Source: Spirochaetales bacterium
GTDB lineage: Bacteria > Spirochaetota > Spirochaetia > JABMQR01
DNA length: 64,000 nucleotides
Direction: 5' to 3'
Assembly (NCBI GenBank): GCA_018399255.1
Contig: JAGYPA010000006.1
Span: forward strand, 12,529 to 76,528
Of the stretch, positions 63,210 to 64,000 are shown piece by piece. The position numbers and the translations under genes are program-made. Position 1 is the stretch's first letter. Each line of letters begins with the position of its first letter. The notes below the pieces were generated by a model. The model had not been told where the DNA came from. It made no database searches and saw only the letters and a list, made by a program, of their open reading frames with translations.

Positions 63210-64000
63210 TTGAAAAAACAGCATGATGATACCCGGCAGAAAAGTCTACGAAACCACCAGCAAGATGTCGGCCCCCGGAGAGATGCCGACTCCACCCAAG
63301 GCAGTCAGGACAGCGCCTGGAAGGAAGTGATTAAAGAGTACTTTCCCCTTTTTTTACAGTTCTACTTCCCTCGGATGGCCCTGGAGATAGATTTCCACCA
63401 GCCCCTCAGCTTTCTGGATAAGGAATTCAAGAAGCTCTTTGCTCAAAGCACCTCTCGGAATCGATATGCTGACCTGCTGGTGCAGGCCTCCGCCCGAACG
63501 GGCACTCCCCCCCTGCTGTACATACATATCGAAGTACAGGGGAAGAAGGAACAGAACTTTACAAAGCGTTTGTTTACCTATGCCTACCGCATATTTGACC
63601 GGGTGGGTGAATTTCCCGCCTCATTAATCCTCCTCACAGATTCTGACCGGGAATACTATCCATGCGTTTACCAAGCAGTAGGAAGAGAAAGGCATTTACG
63701 GGTAGAATTTCAGCTGGCGAAGCTGATATACTTTGAAGATAAACGGGAAGAGCTGGAGCGCAGTACCAATCTATTTGCAGTCATCACCGATATGCAGCTG
63801 GAGGAGATGGCTCTCAAGCGGCGGTTGCGGCACAGTCGTAAAAAGCCGGGTGAGCAGGTGAACGAGCGCTATGAGCTTAAGAAGCTGCTGATAAAGAAAC
63901 TCCTGCGGGAGGATTTCCTGCAGAAAGAGCTGGATGGAGACCAGACCGCATCGTTGTTCAAGTTTCTCGACTGGCTGGTACCACTGCCGCAGGTTCGGGA
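63210..64000 (+). CDS. Rpn-family recombination-promoting nuclease / putative transposase (PD-(D/E)XK), partial at window end
   Basis: Not in the track because it has no stop within the window. The frame is open from TTG 63210 to 64000. WKEVIKEYFPLFLQFYFPRMALEIDFHQPLSFLDKEF...RYADLLVQ...LLYIHIEVQ is typical of the family. The true start is uncertain; ATG 63223 is in another frame. Confidence 0.65.
   Translation, partial: MKKQHDDTRQKSLRNHQQDVGPRRDADSTQGSQDSAWKEVIKEYFPLFLQFYFPRMALEIDFHQPLSFLDKEFKKLFAQSTSRNRYADLLVQASARTGTPPLLYIHIEVQGKKEQNFTKRLFTYAYRIFDRVGEFPASLILLTDSDREYYPCVYQAVGRERHLRVEFQLAKLIYFEDKREELERSTNLFAVITDMQLEEMALKRRLRHSRKKPGEQVNERYELKKLLIKKLLREDFLQKELDGDQTASLFKFLDWLVPLPQVR

Noticed and set aside
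1-64000. tRNA, rRNA, tmRNA or RNase P genes
   Set aside because: I saw no T-loop (GGTTCGAATCC-like) or other hallmark sequences in any intergenic region on either strand.

Overview
64-kb chromosomal window, mid GC by eye, from a saccharolytic diderm heterotroph. The gene content looks spirochaete-like, but the taxon cannot be proven without a database search.

Gene content, left to right:
1. AraR-like regulator plus a CUT1 sugar ABC operon (0.1-4.4 kb).
2. A ~0.6-kb degenerate palindrome made of an unusual composite repeat, then a DUF6933/PRiA4_ORF3 protein (4.6-6.5 kb).
3. A broken HAD gene and an Fe3+/polyamine-type ABC system with a multiply frameshifted permease (6.6-11.3 kb).
4. An orphan sugar-binding protein plus a YesN/YesM-like two-component pair (11.7-15.5 kb).
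5. A second PRiA4_ORF3 protein (15.8-17.7 kb).
6. A LacI-controlled sugar ABC operon carrying an M14 peptidase, followed by a tail of broken genes (17.7-29.0 kb).
7. A URO-D-family pseudogene with IS1595/ISL3 debris (29.2-31.9 kb).
8. putP and an Omp85-family outer-membrane protein.
9. Sulfate activation genes cysD-cysNC-cysQ-cysC (35.4-39.9 kb).
10. A COG1033 RND exporter + LolA-like + DUF1302-like envelope module (40.3-45.5 kb).
11. An 11-gene GntR-headed operon: URO-D-like, three TIM-barrel isomerases, Gfo/Idh/MocA, TctCBA, NagA, NagB (45.5-56.7 kb).
12. An orphan ABC ATPase, a nucleoside phosphorylase, an M20 peptidase and a deaminase-like amidohydrolase (57.0-61.5 kb).
13. vapBC and a partial Rpn-like nuclease (61.9-64.0 kb).

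I found no rRNA, tRNA or CRISPR array.

Main observations:
- A 146-nt composite repeat with fixed 97-nt internal phasing is present three times, two of them head-to-head.
- A GGTGTCNGACACC palindrome family recurs in intergenic DNA.
- In-frame (3n) tandem repeats are inserted in many otherwise conserved genes, while intergenic tandem repeats are not 3n.
- Frameshifted genes are strongly clustered.
- The APS-kinase domain fused to CysN looks degenerate and sits next to an intact CysC.
- The TTT/NagAB/oxidoreductase operon has no known substrate.

All calls rest on reading the sequence and the ORF track, and on recall of protein family motifs. No searches were run.
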